The translations under genes and the position numbers were made by a program. Under the pieces are notes generated by a model. It was given only the letters and a program-made list of their open reading frames with translations, searched no databases and was not told the DNA's origin. A stretch of 62,693 nt of DNA, the filler included, from Nitrospinota bacterium (lineage in GTDB: Bacteria > JAUXIQ01): assembly GCA_030620925.1 (NCBI GenBank). It is 13 parts of 13 records of this genome, joined end to end, with 100 filler letters (N's around TTAATTAATTAA, not from the genome) between each part and the next. Parts side by side here need not be neighbours in the genome. Positions count along the whole stretch, not along the records: positions 1 to 3,855 come from JAUXIQ010000276.1; positions 3,956 to 8,300 come from JAUXIQ010000229.1; positions 8,401 to 13,073 come from JAUXIQ010000208.1; 10 more parts are not named here. One strand, 5' to 3'. Numbering within the stretch: position 1 is the first letter of the stretch; each line of letters begins with the position of its first letter. Below, in pieces: positions 1 through 9,655 of the stretch.

Positions 1-849
1 CATTTTAGGCCCCATACTGCCGGGCGGGAAATGGCCCTGGGCGAGATATTTTTCCGCTTCCTTCAGCATCAGCCGGTGCAACGGCTTCTCTTCCGACGTG
101 TTGTAGTTCAGGCAGGCGGCCTCCACGTCGGTGAGCATTGCCAGACACGACGCATTTATATCCAGCGCCAGTATAGCGGAGGCCCGATCCTTGTCTATGA
201 CGGCGTCCACACCCGTGAGGTTCCCGTCCTCCCCCTGCACCACCGGTATGCCGCCTCCACCCGCGGCCACCACGATCTCGCCCCAGTCCAGCAGCCTTTT
301 GATGGCGTCTTTCTCTATGATAACCCTGGGAGTGGGGGAAGCCACCAGGCGGCGGTACCCTTTACCCTCGATGTTGGTGAATAACCAGCCCCTCTTCTTC
401 TTGAAAACCATTGCTTCCTCTTTGCTCATGTATGGGCCAACGGGTTTGGTGGCGTCTCTGAATCCCGGGTCGTCCTTATCCACGAGCACCTGGGTGATGA
501 TGGTGACCACGCCTTTATGTATGCGCTCCTGTCTCAGCCGGTTGATGAGGGCCTGCTGGATCATGTAACCCAGGGCGCCCTCGGTGTCGGCCACGCAAAG
601 GCCCAGGCTCAGCTCGGGCACCATGCCACGCGCCGCTTCCACCATGAGCAGCATGTCCCCCACCTGAGGCCCGTTGCCGTGAGTGATGACCATGCCGTAA
701 CCGTTTCTGATGAGCTCGATGACGCCGTCCAGGCTGGCCCTGATGTTCGCCATCTGCTCCTCCATGGTGCCCTTCTGGCCCGATTTGATAAGGGCGTTGC
801 CGCCCAGGGCCACCACAACTTTCTCATCCATCTCTTTCATCGTCATCAT
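1..849 (-). CDS. arcC: Carbamate kinase (C-terminus runs off the window; absent from the ORF track)
   Basis: Manual translation: MMTMKEMDEKVVVALGGNAL...ITHGNGPQVG...GHFPPGSMGPKM, all carbamate kinase signatures. The start overlaps the upstream TGA. Confidence 0.95.
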   Translation of the reverse strand, partial: MMTMKEMDEKVVVALGGNALIKSGQKGTMEEQMANIRASLDGVIELIRNGYGMVITHGNGPQVGDMLLMVEAARGMVPELSLGLCVADTEGALGYMIQQALINRLRQERIHKGVVTIITQVLVDKDDPGFRDATKPVGPYMSKEEAMVFKKKRGWLFTNIEGKGYRRLVASPTPRVIIEKDAIKRLLDWGEIVVAAGGGGIPVVQGEDGNLTGVDAVIDKDRASAILALDINASCLAMLTDVEAACLNYNTSEEKPLHRLMLKEAEKYLAQGHFPPGSMGPKM

Positions 850-2171
850 TTATCACCCATCATGGACTCTATGAGATCGCTTAAATCCGGCTTGCTTTTC
901 TCCACTACCTCGTAAGTTATTCTCACCACGGGAACTTCGACGCTCAACAGGCGGCGCAGGTCTATCGGCGTTCCCGCCAGCACAAGGTCGCAAGGGGTAT
1001 CGGCGATGGTCCGTTCCAGCTCTCTCATCTGTTCCTCCCCGTAACCCATGGCCGGAAGCACGTTCCCCAGATGGGGGTGGTTGGCGAAGACTTCTTTCAA
1101 CGACCCCACGGCATGGGGCCGGGGGTCCACTATCTCCCCGGCGCCGTATTTACGCGCCGCCAGGTAACCCGCCCCGTAGGGCATCCCCCCGTGGGTGACG
1201 GTGGGGCCGTCTTCGACGACCAGGACGCTGCGGCCCCTTATCGCCTCCGGGTCTGAAGCCTCCACGGGTGATTCGGCGTCTATGATCACCGCTTTCGGGT
1301 TTACCCGTTTCACGTTCTCCTTAATCCGGGCCACCTGTTCATCGGTGGAGGTATCCTCCTTGGGTATGAGCACGGCGTCGGCCATGATGAGGTTGGTCTC
1401 CCCCGGATGGTATTTTACTTCGTGGCCCGCCCTGTGGGGGTCCACCAGGGTGATTTGCAGGCGGGGGGCGAAAAACGGAAGGTCGTTGTTGCCGCCGTCC
1501 CACAGGATAACCTCCGCCTCCGCCTCCGCCCGGGCCAGGATTTTCGCGTAGTCCGCTCCGGCATAGACGACGTTGCCGTCGCTGATATGGGGTTCGTATT
1601 CCTCGCGTTCTTCGATGGTGCACCGGTGGCGATCGAAATCCTCGTAAGAGGCAAATCGCTGAACCATTGCCCGCGTCAAATCGCCGTAGGGCATGGGATG
1701 TCGGACGACGACAACCCTCTTTTCCATCCCCTTGAGGATGGCGGCAACCTTGCGCGTCACCGCGCTCTTGCCACAGCCGGTGCGCACCGCACAAACCGCC
1801 ACCACGGGCACACTGCTCTCCAGCATAGTCTCCTTCGCGCTGAGGAGAACGAATCGGGCACCGCAGGATATGGCCCTTCCCGCCAGATGCATGACCTGCT
1901 CGTGGGACACGTCGCTGTAGGAGAAGACCACCTCGTCCACCTTTTCCCGGTGAATGAGCTCCTCCAGCTCCTCCTCCCTGTAGATGGGGATGCCTTTCGG
2001 GTAGAGGTCTCCCGCAAGCTCCGGGGGATAGCGGCGGTCCGCCACGTTAGGTATCTGGGCGACGGTGAACCCCACAACGTCGTAACATTCGTTTCCCCGG
2101 TAGCAGACGTTGAAGTTGTGGAAATCCCGCCCCGCCGCCCCCAGTATGAGAACACGCATTCTTTTATCCAT
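846..2171 (-). CDS. Cyclic 2,3-diphosphoglycerate synthetase-like P-loop protein; probable arginine synthetase (ArcE type)
   Basis: GAAGRDFHNFN, AVRTGCGKS, RHPMPYG, CTIEEREEYEPH, WDGGNND and VEDGPTVTHGGM motifs; translationally coupled to arcC. Confidence 0.8.
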   Translation of the reverse strand: MDKRMRVLILGAAGRDFHNFNVCYRGNECYDVVGFTVAQIPNVADRRYPPELAGDLYPKGIPIYREEELEELIHREKVDEVVFSYSDVSHEQVMHLAGRAISCGARFVLLSAKETMLESSVPVVAVCAVRTGCGKSAVTRKVAAILKGMEKRVVVVRHPMPYGDLTRAMVQRFASYEDFDRHRCTIEEREEYEPHISDGNVVYAGADYAKILARAEAEAEVILWDGGNNDLPFFAPRLQITLVDPHRAGHEVKYHPGETNLIMADAVLIPKEDTSTDEQVARIKENVKRVNPKAVIIDAESPVEASDPEAIRGRSVLVVEDGPTVTHGGMPYGAGYLAARKYGAGEIVDPRPHAVGSLKEVFANHPHLGNVLPAMGYGEEQMRELERTIADTPCDLVLAGTPIDLRRLLSVEVPVVRITYEVVEKSKPDLSDLIESMMGDK

Positions 2172-2741
2172 TATTTCTCCGATGTCAGTGGTTTTATTCT
2201 ATCCTCACCCCGATAAAGCGAATTCAACGCCACTATTATATAATCTAATATCTATACCGGCCAGACACCATAAAACAATGGAGCGTTGACGGCTTTGAGC
2301 CTGTTTCCCGGTTAAGAGCCGTTTAAATAAAAAACGGCATTGCTCTAATGAGAGTCTGACTGCCTGTTATAGATGCAGTATGTTTCTCTGCCCTTGAGTG
2401 AAAATTTCACGAATCAAAAGTAGGTCTATAAGATACACGCAAGGATTCTGTAGCGGAACGGTTTCTTATAGGTTCAAGAAAGAATACCACAGAGGCCAGG
2501 CCATCAGGTCAATCCGGAATTTTTCAAAGCACTCAGTGAAGCTTCGGGAAGAAAAAAGTGAGCCGGTCGGCTCCCACCGTTAATCGTTCAATTAATTCTT
2601 GTAGTCGGCAGGCTGCGATAATATTTATTTTATGGCATAATATATATGTTATATTTTGGGGGAAGTGGATATAGGATATTCTGTTATTAAGACTTAAAGA
2701 AGATATCCCGCTGCCGCTGCACGCTGGAAAGAAAGTAGGTA

Positions 2742-3855
2742 ATGAAAGTTATAATGAGAATATTTGCGCCGGTTTTAATGGTGCAATTTTTGTTAGCAGG
2801 TATCTGCTATGGTCTCAGCCCCTCCGAAGAAAGCTATATTTCAGGCGTGAATTATGCCACCGAAGGGAAGTTTGAAGAGGCGAAGAAGGAATTTGAAAAT
2901 GCCCTGGAATTTAACAGGTTCAGCCTGCCCGCCAAAGAAAGCCTCGGAGTTATCGAAGACTTAACCGACGGGAAGATAAAAACAGAAACCGCCATCCATC
3001 TGTTCAAGGGAGCGGCATATGCTACTAAAGGCATGTCGGAAGAGTCGATTGCCGAGTTCAACAAGGCCATAAGTTTGAACCCGAACTACGAGAGTGCCTA
3101 CAATAACCGCGGGGTCGCCTATGATAAACAGGGTCTGCACGACCAGGCCATCGCCGATTACAAAAAGGCCTTAGAGATCAATCCGTTGTACGCACCGGCC
3201 TACTATAACCGGGGCAGCGCCTACGATGAAAAGAGCCTTTATGACCAGGCCATCGCCGATTACAGCAAAGCCATAGAGATAATCCCCGGATACGTGATCG
3301 CTTACAATAACCGGGGGAACGTTTACAGGGAAAAAGGCCGATACGATGAGGCCATATCAGATTTCAGCAAGATCATAGATATAAACCCCGGGTTTATAGC
3401 CGCCTATAATAATCTGGGTATCCTGTTTAAAAACCAGGGCCTCTATGACCAGGCCATAATCAATTATAACAAGGCCCTGGAGATAGACCCCAGCTATTCC
3501 AAGGCGTACTACAACAGGGGGCTCGCCTATTACGGCAAAGGCCGATACGATGAGGCCATCGCCGATTACAACGAAGCCATCGAGCTTAACCCCGAAGATG
3601 CCGAAGCCTACTACAATCGGGGGATAGCCTACCATGCAAAGGGTGAATACGATCAGGCAGTAATAAATTACAACAGCGCCATTCAGTATAACCCGGATTA
3701 TCCAGAAGCCTATTTCAACCGGGCCATAGCCCATCACGACAAGGGCCGATACGATCAGGCCATCGCCGATTATAACCTGGCCATCGAACTTAACCCCGAA
3801 GATGCCGACGCCTACTACAACCGGGGGATCACCCAAAGACATAAAGGCCGATACG
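2742..3855 (+). CDS. Exported tetratricopeptide-repeat protein (truncated at contig end)
   Basis: Signal-peptide-like N-terminus, then tandem 34-aa units AYYNRG.AY..KG.YD.AIADY..AIE.NP. Confidence 0.93.
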
Positions 3856-3955
3856 NNNNNNNNNNNNNNNNNNNNNNNNNNNNNNNNNNNNNNNNNNNNT
3901 TAATTAATTAANNNNNNNNNNNNNNNNNNNNNNNNNNNNNNNNNNNNNNNNNNNN
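3856..3955. other. Artificial contig spacer (first of 12)
   Basis: N44-TTAATTAATTAA-N44 with stops in all six frames. It recurs at 8301, 13074, 22097, 27306, 30145, 36601, 41344, 45242, 51793, 56649 and 59679, each 100 nt. Confidence 0.99.
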
Positions 3956-3998
3956 CCGCGGCAGGCGGGATTGCCCATGATAGACGTTTTTATTATTT

Positions 3999-4024
3999 GG
4001 GCAGGCACAGGGGCCTGCCCCTAC
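3999..4024 (-). repeat. GTAG-type REP-like palindrome
   Basis: Minus strand reads GTAG-GGGCAGGC-CCCTGT-GCCTGCCC: a GTAG tetranucleotide followed by an 8-bp stem. Confidence 0.6.
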
Positions 4025-4059
4025 ATGTCCCGCGGAGGTGCTCCTACACTTTGGAACAA

Positions 4060-4105
4060 GGGGTTTGCCGGGGCAGGCGAGATTCTTCGCTTCGCTCAGA
4101 ATGAC
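4060..4105 (-). repeat. Dispersed intergenic repeat, copy 1
   Basis: GTCATTCTGAG-CGAAG-CGAAGAATCTCGCCTGCCCCGGCAAACCCC; second copy at 53599-53656. Confidence 0.8.
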
Positions 4106-4499
4106 AGGAATTAGGGGTGTCTTCGTGATTAGAATTTTAGCGTTCAATCAACCCGTAAATAAGCGAGATTTATAGCGCTAAATACTTGAAATTAAAGGGT
4201 TTACAGGTAATTAACGGTTGCCGGGCCGCACGGTGTAAACTATTGATATTAAACGCATTATGTAGGGTCAGAGGTTGCTTAAGCAAGGGGGTGGGTAGGG
4301 CAACCCTTGGGGAAAAAAATGAATTCCCCTTGAACTTGTTCGAGGGAATGAATGTCTAATAGTTTATATAGGTTCTAATGAGTTCAGTCCTGAGGTTTTT
4401 GGGATGACTTTTTTCTCCAGGCCGGTTATTATTTAAATTAATGCAAATGTAGTGTCCGAGCGGTTAAGCCGTTAAGACTATTCGAAAGGAGAACTAACA

Positions 4500-5006
4500 T
4501 TGGGCAAAAAGAAAAAGAACAGGAGGGCCGGCGCCCCGAGAGGAAAGGCGGCCCGGGTACAAAAGAAGAACAGCCGCAGCGGCTTGATTATGGCGGTAAT
4601 TGTCGGCGCCATGGTTGCGGTGGGTATCTACATGCTGACTAGCTCCAGAGGGGAAAAAGGCGTTACGGCCGAAAACTCCGGGAGCACGTCCGGCGTAGTA
4701 AAGGCCTCGGACCAGCCGTACAAGTTAAGGGAAACCCGGCCTACACTCTCGCCCGCCCTTTTCGTGGGCCGCGCGGCCGAAGCCTATCGAGTGGCGAAAA
4801 AAATTCCGGAAGTTCTAGACCATCTCTACTGTTACTGCCGATGCGCCGAGAACTTCGGCCATAAGAGCCTGCTCTCCTGTTACGCAGATAAACACGCCTC
4901 CACGTGAGGCGTTTGCATGGAAGAAGCGCTGTTAGCGCTTCAAATGCACATGCAAGGCAAATCCCCCGCAGAGATTCAGAAGGCAATAGACAAGCGGTTC
5001 GGTTAA
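4500..5006 (+). CDS. Membrane-anchored CYCxC/PCYCGC-family protein, predicted selenoprotein (Sec at TGA 4905-4907, UxxC)
   Basis: TTG start with an AAAGGAG RBS; basic N-terminus plus one TM helix; LYCYCRC..GHKSLLSCY..HAST-[TGA]-GVCMEEALLALQMHMQGKSPAEIQKAIDKRFG-TAA. A SECIS-like hairpin follows the TGA. Confidence 0.85.
4908..4958 (+). promoter_or_regulatory. Putative bacterial SECIS element
   Basis: Perfect stem GAAGCGCT (4923-4930), loop GTT, AGCGCTTC (4934-4941). The loop starts with G about 23 nt after the UGA. Lower stem TTTGCATG (4912-4919) pairs with CATGCAAG (4949-4956). Confidence 0.75.
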
Positions 5007-5007
5007 T

Positions 5008-5547
5008 ATGAGCAGTGACCCCGTACGGCGTGAAGAGCAGGAGCAGAAGGGGATAACCCGTCGAAAGTTTTTCCAATGGTGCGGCTGGGCCGGTTTCTGG
5101 GTTGCAGCGGGGGCATCGATTTACTCCTTTTTCCGATTCATGAAGCCGAGGGCGCTTTTCGAGCCGCCCGCCCTATTCCGCGCCGGCCGGGCGGAGGACT
5201 ACCCCGGTGGCACGGTCAGCGAAAAGTGGAAGAAAGAACAGAAGGTCTGGATCGTCCATAGCCGGGAGGGCGTCTACGCCCTGGCTTCCATCTGCACGCA
5301 CCTAGCCTGCACCCCCAACTGGTCGGAAGAAGAACGTCTGTTCAAATGCCCGTGCCATGGGAGCGTTTTCAGCCTTGAGGGCGACGTAGTGGCCGGGCCT
5401 GCCCCTGAGCCGCTCTACAGGGTGCCGGTGCAGTTCACAGACGAGGGCGAGTTGGTAGTAGGCACAGGGCTGCACGGCATACGCCTCTCCAGCCAGAGCA
5501 ATAAAGAGCCGAAGCGGAGCAGCAGCCATTATCTTCTGCGGGTGTGA
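5008..5547 (+). CDS. Rieske [2Fe-2S] subunit of a Rieske/cytochrome b complex
   Basis: Tat motif TRRKFF plus TM helix; CTHLAC and CPCHGS boxes. Confidence 0.95.
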   Translation: MSSDPVRREEQEQKGITRRKFFQWCGWAGFWVAAGASIYSFFRFMKPRALFEPPALFRAGRAEDYPGGTVSEKWKKEQKVWIVHSREGVYALASICTHLACTPNWSEEERLFKCPCHGSVFSLEGDVVAGPAPEPLYRVPVQFTDEGELVVGTGLHGIRLSSQSNKEPKRSSSHYLLRV

Positions 5548-5690
5548 TCGGATTTTTAAATTTGCAGTTGTATGCAGAAATTTTTTATAGGATTTAGCCC
5601 TGCCTGCGCGGGGGTTTTTCCGAAAGAGTCTTCATCAAATTTCATATTCCCTGTTAACCGACCCGGGGTGAGGAAAGAACAAGGGGGGAA

Positions 5691-6443
5691 ATGGCGAAGT
5701 TCAGGGATTGGATTACGGGGACGCAGGTCTGGAAGTCCATCGTCAGGCACGGGTACCCGGATACCCGAACGAATCGGATGCTCACCATCCTCAGCAACTT
5801 CTTCCTGCACGTCCATCCGGTTACCGTCAATGAGCGGTATATTCGCGTCCGCCACAGTTGGTGCATGGGAGGTATCTCCTTCCTCCTGTATATAATACTG
5901 GTGGTAACGGGCATACTGCTCATGTTCTACTACCGGCCCACCATAGAGTTCGCCTACCAGGATATAAAGGACCTGCATTTTTCAGTCGCTTACGGCGATA
6001 TCTTAAGGAACATGCACCGCTGGGCCGGCCACGCCATGGTGTTTACCGTGGCGGCGCACATGGCCATTGTCTTTTATACGGGGGCCTACAAACCGCCCCG
6101 TGAGTTCAACTGGGTGGTGGGCGTTCTGCTCCTCTTTCTGACACTGTTTTTGAGCTTCACCGGCTACCTGCTGCCCTGGGACCAGTTGTCCTACTGGGCC
6201 GTTACCGTGGGCACCAGTATGATAAAAGCCTTCCCTCTATTGGGGTCGGAAGGCCCGTTTAGCCGACTGGACGGCGAATCGGATATCGGATTTCTTTTCG
6301 TGGGAGGCCGCACCATAGGGCAGAGCACGCTGCTGCGGTTCTACGTATTACACGTGGCGTTTCTGCCGTTTCTGATAAGCGTCGTGATGCTGGTGCATTT
6401 CTGGCGGGTGAGAAAGGACGGAAAGCTTACAAAAAAACTTTAA
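5691..6443 (+). CDS. Cytochrome b6-like N-terminal subunit (split cytochrome b)
   Basis: [47 protein letters not shown] and LLRFYVLHV motifs. Confidence 0.95.
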   Translation: MAKFRDWITGTQVWKSIVRHGYPDTRTNRMLTILSNFFLHVHPVTVNERYIRVRHSWCMGGISFLLYIILVVTGILLMFYYRPTIEFAYQDIKDLHFSVAYGDILRNMHRWAGHAMVFTVAAHMAIVFYTGAYKPPREFNWVVGVLLLFLTLFLSFTGYLLPWDQLSYWAVTVGTSMIKAFPLLGSEGPFSRLDGESDIGFLFVGGRTIGQSTLLRFYVLHVAFLPFLISVVMLVHFWRVRKDGKLTKKL

Positions 6444-6493
6444 TCGTCGTCTAAAAGGAAAACCTTTTTTAATCACATCCAAAAGGTCGATCG

Positions 6494-7240
6494 ATGGAAG
6501 AAGAGATAACAGGAACGCCTTTTGAAGATTTACCGGATGAAGCTAAGGTGGGCGTGGAGGAGGATGAGGTTACCACCTTCCCACACCTGGTCTACAAAGA
6601 GTTTCTCTGCGCTCTTGCAGTGCTCATACTTTTTATTCTACTCTCGGTCTTCTTCCGGGCACCCCTGGAGGAAATGGCCGACCCTTCCCTTACCCCCAAC
6701 CCCTCCAAGGCTCCCTGGTATTTCGTAGGGCTTCAGGAGCTCCTGGTCTATTTTGATCCCTGGATCGCAGGGGTCATGATACCGCTGCTGATAATCGTGG
6801 GGTTGATGCTTATTCCCTATCTGGATACCAACCCGGATGGCGTCGAGGAATATACTTTCCGGAAGCGGAAACTGGCAATAATAACCTTCACCGTCGGCCT
6901 TGCCCTATGGTTTATCCTCATAGCCATCGGCTATTACATGAGAGGTCTCCACTGGCAGCTCTACTGGCCGTGGGAGAGCCGTGAGATGGTTAAGAACAGC
7001 GCTGAGGGGTTGCGCAGCTTACCGCTTTACGGGGGAATAGTCTTCCTGTCCATCTACTTCGGGTTGGGAATCTACTTACCGGCCAGGCTCAAGAGGGGTC
7101 TGTTGGAGGAGGTCGGAAGAGCGCGCTATGTTATACTCATGCTGCTGTTTCTGCTCATGGCCGGCGTGGTAATAAAGATAGTGTTAAGGCTGACCCTGAA
7201 CGTCAAATATATTCTGACCACTCCGTGGTTCAATATCTGA
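6494..7240 (+). CDS. Subunit IV-like (cytochrome b C-terminal) membrane protein
   Basis: FPHLV..E, APLEEMADP..TPNPSKAPWYFVGLQELL (PEWY-equivalent APWY), PYLD, and extra C-terminal TM helices. Confidence 0.9.
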   Translation: MEEEITGTPFEDLPDEAKVGVEEDEVTTFPHLVYKEFLCALAVLILFILLSVFFRAPLEEMADPSLTPNPSKAPWYFVGLQELLVYFDPWIAGVMIPLLIIVGLMLIPYLDTNPDGVEEYTFRKRKLAIITFTVGLALWFILIAIGYYMRGLHWQLYWPWESREMVKNSAEGLRSLPLYGGIVFLSIYFGLGIYLPARLKRGLLEEVGRARYVILMLLFLLMAGVVIKIVLRLTLNVKYILTTPWFNI

Positions 7241-7264
7241 CCGACTGAGGTCGTCCGTTTAAAA

Positions 7265-7302
7265 TAGGGCGACCGCCCCGCGGCACAGCGGGGTCGCCCT
7301 AC
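7265..7302. repeat. Intergenic REP-like hairpin inside the operon
   Basis: TAGGGCGACC...GGTCGCCCTA 10-bp stem; the minus strand begins GTAG. Confidence 0.6.
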
Positions 7303-7318
7303 TCCCAGCGGAAAGAAT

Positions 7319-8300
7319 ATGAACAGATATTTCGCCATTTTGGGCGTTGCCCTTGCCGTCGTCATAGTGCTGGTGATTCGTGCCGAACGCGGAAAAGAAT
7401 GGATGCGCTACCAGAAGGTTTTCATCCAGGAGCAGCGCTGCACGGCAGGGAAGGATTTGAAGCAGGCGGAGGGTGAGGACGCTAAAAGGCAGGCGGACGC
7501 GAAGAGCAAAAGCCTGCTTCCCGGGTTTCCGGAGATGAAGCAGGTCTATGTGAAGGAACTCGATCGTGCGGATCGATGCGTCAGCTGCCACCTGGGGATA
7601 GACGATCCCTCTTGCGCAAATGAGGAGAGACCGTTCAACACCCACCCCGGTAATTTCCTTAAAAAGCACCCTGTAGAGAAATACGGCTGTACCGTCTGCC
7701 ACGGCGGGCAGGGAATAGCCACCACCTATGATGAAGCCCACGGCACCACCAGGGATTGGCAGCAGCCTATATTAGATGAGCGCTACGCCTACGGCTACTG
7801 CGGCCGCTGCCACAAGGAACCCGACTTCCGCGCAGCTCCCCAGCTTACCGAGGGGAAGCGCCTGTTCCGTGAAAAGGGGTGCGCTGCGTGCCACGAGACG
7901 AAGGGGCACGAAAATATAAAAAAGATAGGCCCTGCCATCTCACTTATCGGTACCAAGGTAAACCGGGATTGGTTGACGGAGTACCTGCTCTCGCCCAAAA
8001 AGTACTGGAAAAAGACGAACATGCCCGATTACAAGTTCAAGAAAGAACAGGCTGAGGCCATCACAGCCTTTCTCATGACTTTAAGGGGCGAGACAGAGGC
8101 GAGGAACGGTGTACCGGAAGAATACAGGCCGTCCCTGGAAAAGGGGCGCGAGCTCTTCGCCGACGCCGGTTGCCTGACCTGCCATGAGGTGAGAGGGCTC
8201 TATTACAATGGCCCCATAGAAGCGCAAAAGATAGGGCCGGAGCTGACGCTGCTGGCGGCGAAGGTCAACCGGGACTGGCTGGTCTCTTATCTCCAGGACC
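7319..8300 (+). CDS. Membrane-anchored multiheme cytochrome c (at least 5 hemes; truncated)
   Basis: N-terminal TM helix; CVSCH, CTVCH, CGRCH, CAACH, CLTCH; repeated KIGP.....KVNRDWL..YL domains. Confidence 0.93.
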
Positions 8301-8400
8301 NNNNNNNNNNNNNNNNNNNNNNNNNNNNNNNNNNNNNNNNNNNNTTAATTAATTAANNNNNNNNNNNNNNNNNNNNNNNNNNNNNNNNNNNNNNNNNNNN

Positions 8401-9523
8401 AACCAATGCTGATGCCATTCATCCCGGGTACGGGTTCCTGTCCGAGAACCCCAAATTCAGCAAAGTATGCCAGGAAAATAAAATCAAGTTTATCGGCCCG
8501 GCATCCGAGATGATAGAGGCTATGGGAGATAAAGCCTCGGCTAAGGCTACCATGAAGAAAGCCCGCGTGCCCGTCATACCCGGCTCTGACGGCCTGCTGG
8601 AGGATGTGGAGGAAGCCAGGAAGTTAGCCGGGAAGATCAAATATCCTTTAATGCTGAAGGCTACAGCAGGCGGGGGGGGGAAAGGCATGCGGGTGGTACA
8701 TGACGAAACTGAACTGGATGATGCCTGGGAAAGTGCTACCAAAGAGGCGGGTGCCGCTTTTGGCAATGAAAGCATGTACATGGAGAAGTTTATCGAGGAA
8801 CCCCACCACATCGAAATACAAATTGCGGGAGACAGGAAGGGTCGCGCCTGCCACCTCAGCGAGCGCGATTGCAGCATCCAGCGCAGGCACCAGAAGCTTT
8901 GCGAAGAAACCCCCAGCCCTTTCATGACCAAGTCCCTGCGCGAGAAAATGGGAAAGGCCGCCATCAAGGCCGCGGAAGCAGTGAAATACGAAGGTGTGGG
9001 TACCGTTGAATTCCTGGTGGACAAGGATCGCAACTTCTATTTCATGGAAATGAACACCCGCATCCAGGTAGAACATACCATTACTGAAGAGGTTATCAAC
9101 TACGTCCTTATCAAGGAGCAAATCAAACTGGCTGCAGGTGACCTCATTAAAGGGGTGAATTACGAGCCGAATCTACACGCCATCCAGTGCCGCATCAACG
9201 CGGAGGACCCTTACAACGATTTCAGGCCCTGCCCCGGCACCATTACCGATTATCATGCACCGGGCGGCCACGGCATTCGCATTGACACCCATGTATATGC
9301 CGGCTACACCATCCCGCCCCACTATGACAGCTTGATCTCCAAACTCATCACTGTGGCCCAAACCCGCGAGGAGGCCATTACCAAAATGGAACGCGCCCTG
9401 GGGGAGTATATAATTGAAGGTGTGAAGACCACCATCCCCTTCCACCAGCAATTAATGCAGGATGAGCAATTCAGGGAAGGCAAGTACACCACCGGTTTTT
9501 TAGAGAACTTCAAACTGATTTGA
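8401..9523 (+). CDS. accC: Acetyl-CoA carboxylase, biotin carboxylase subunit (N-truncated)
   Basis: Frame is open from the contig start: ADAIHPGYGFLSEN, KATAGGGGKGMR, ERDCSIQRRHQKL, EMNTRIQVEH, RINAEDP. Confidence 0.95.
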
Positions 9524-9598
9524 TTTAACCGCAAAGGCACAATGAAAAATCAATGCTTTGCGTCTTAGCGACTTGGCGGTGAAAAATTATTCTTTGAG

Positions 9599-9619
9599 CC
9601 TGCCTGTCCGGTAGGCAGG
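9599..9619. repeat. 21-nt palindrome, intergenic copy
   Basis: CCTGCCTGTCCGGTAGGCAGG followed by a T run; related copy at 9678-9698. Confidence 0.7.
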
Positions 9620-9655
9620 TTTTTAGAGTTCGCCATAATCAACGAACGTCTGCCA

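Noticed and set aside
3856-3955. Recurrent TTAATTAATTAA flanked by N runs, as a biological repeat or array
   Set aside because: It is an identical 100-nt synthetic contig joiner. ORFs in the track that contain X runs cross it artificially.
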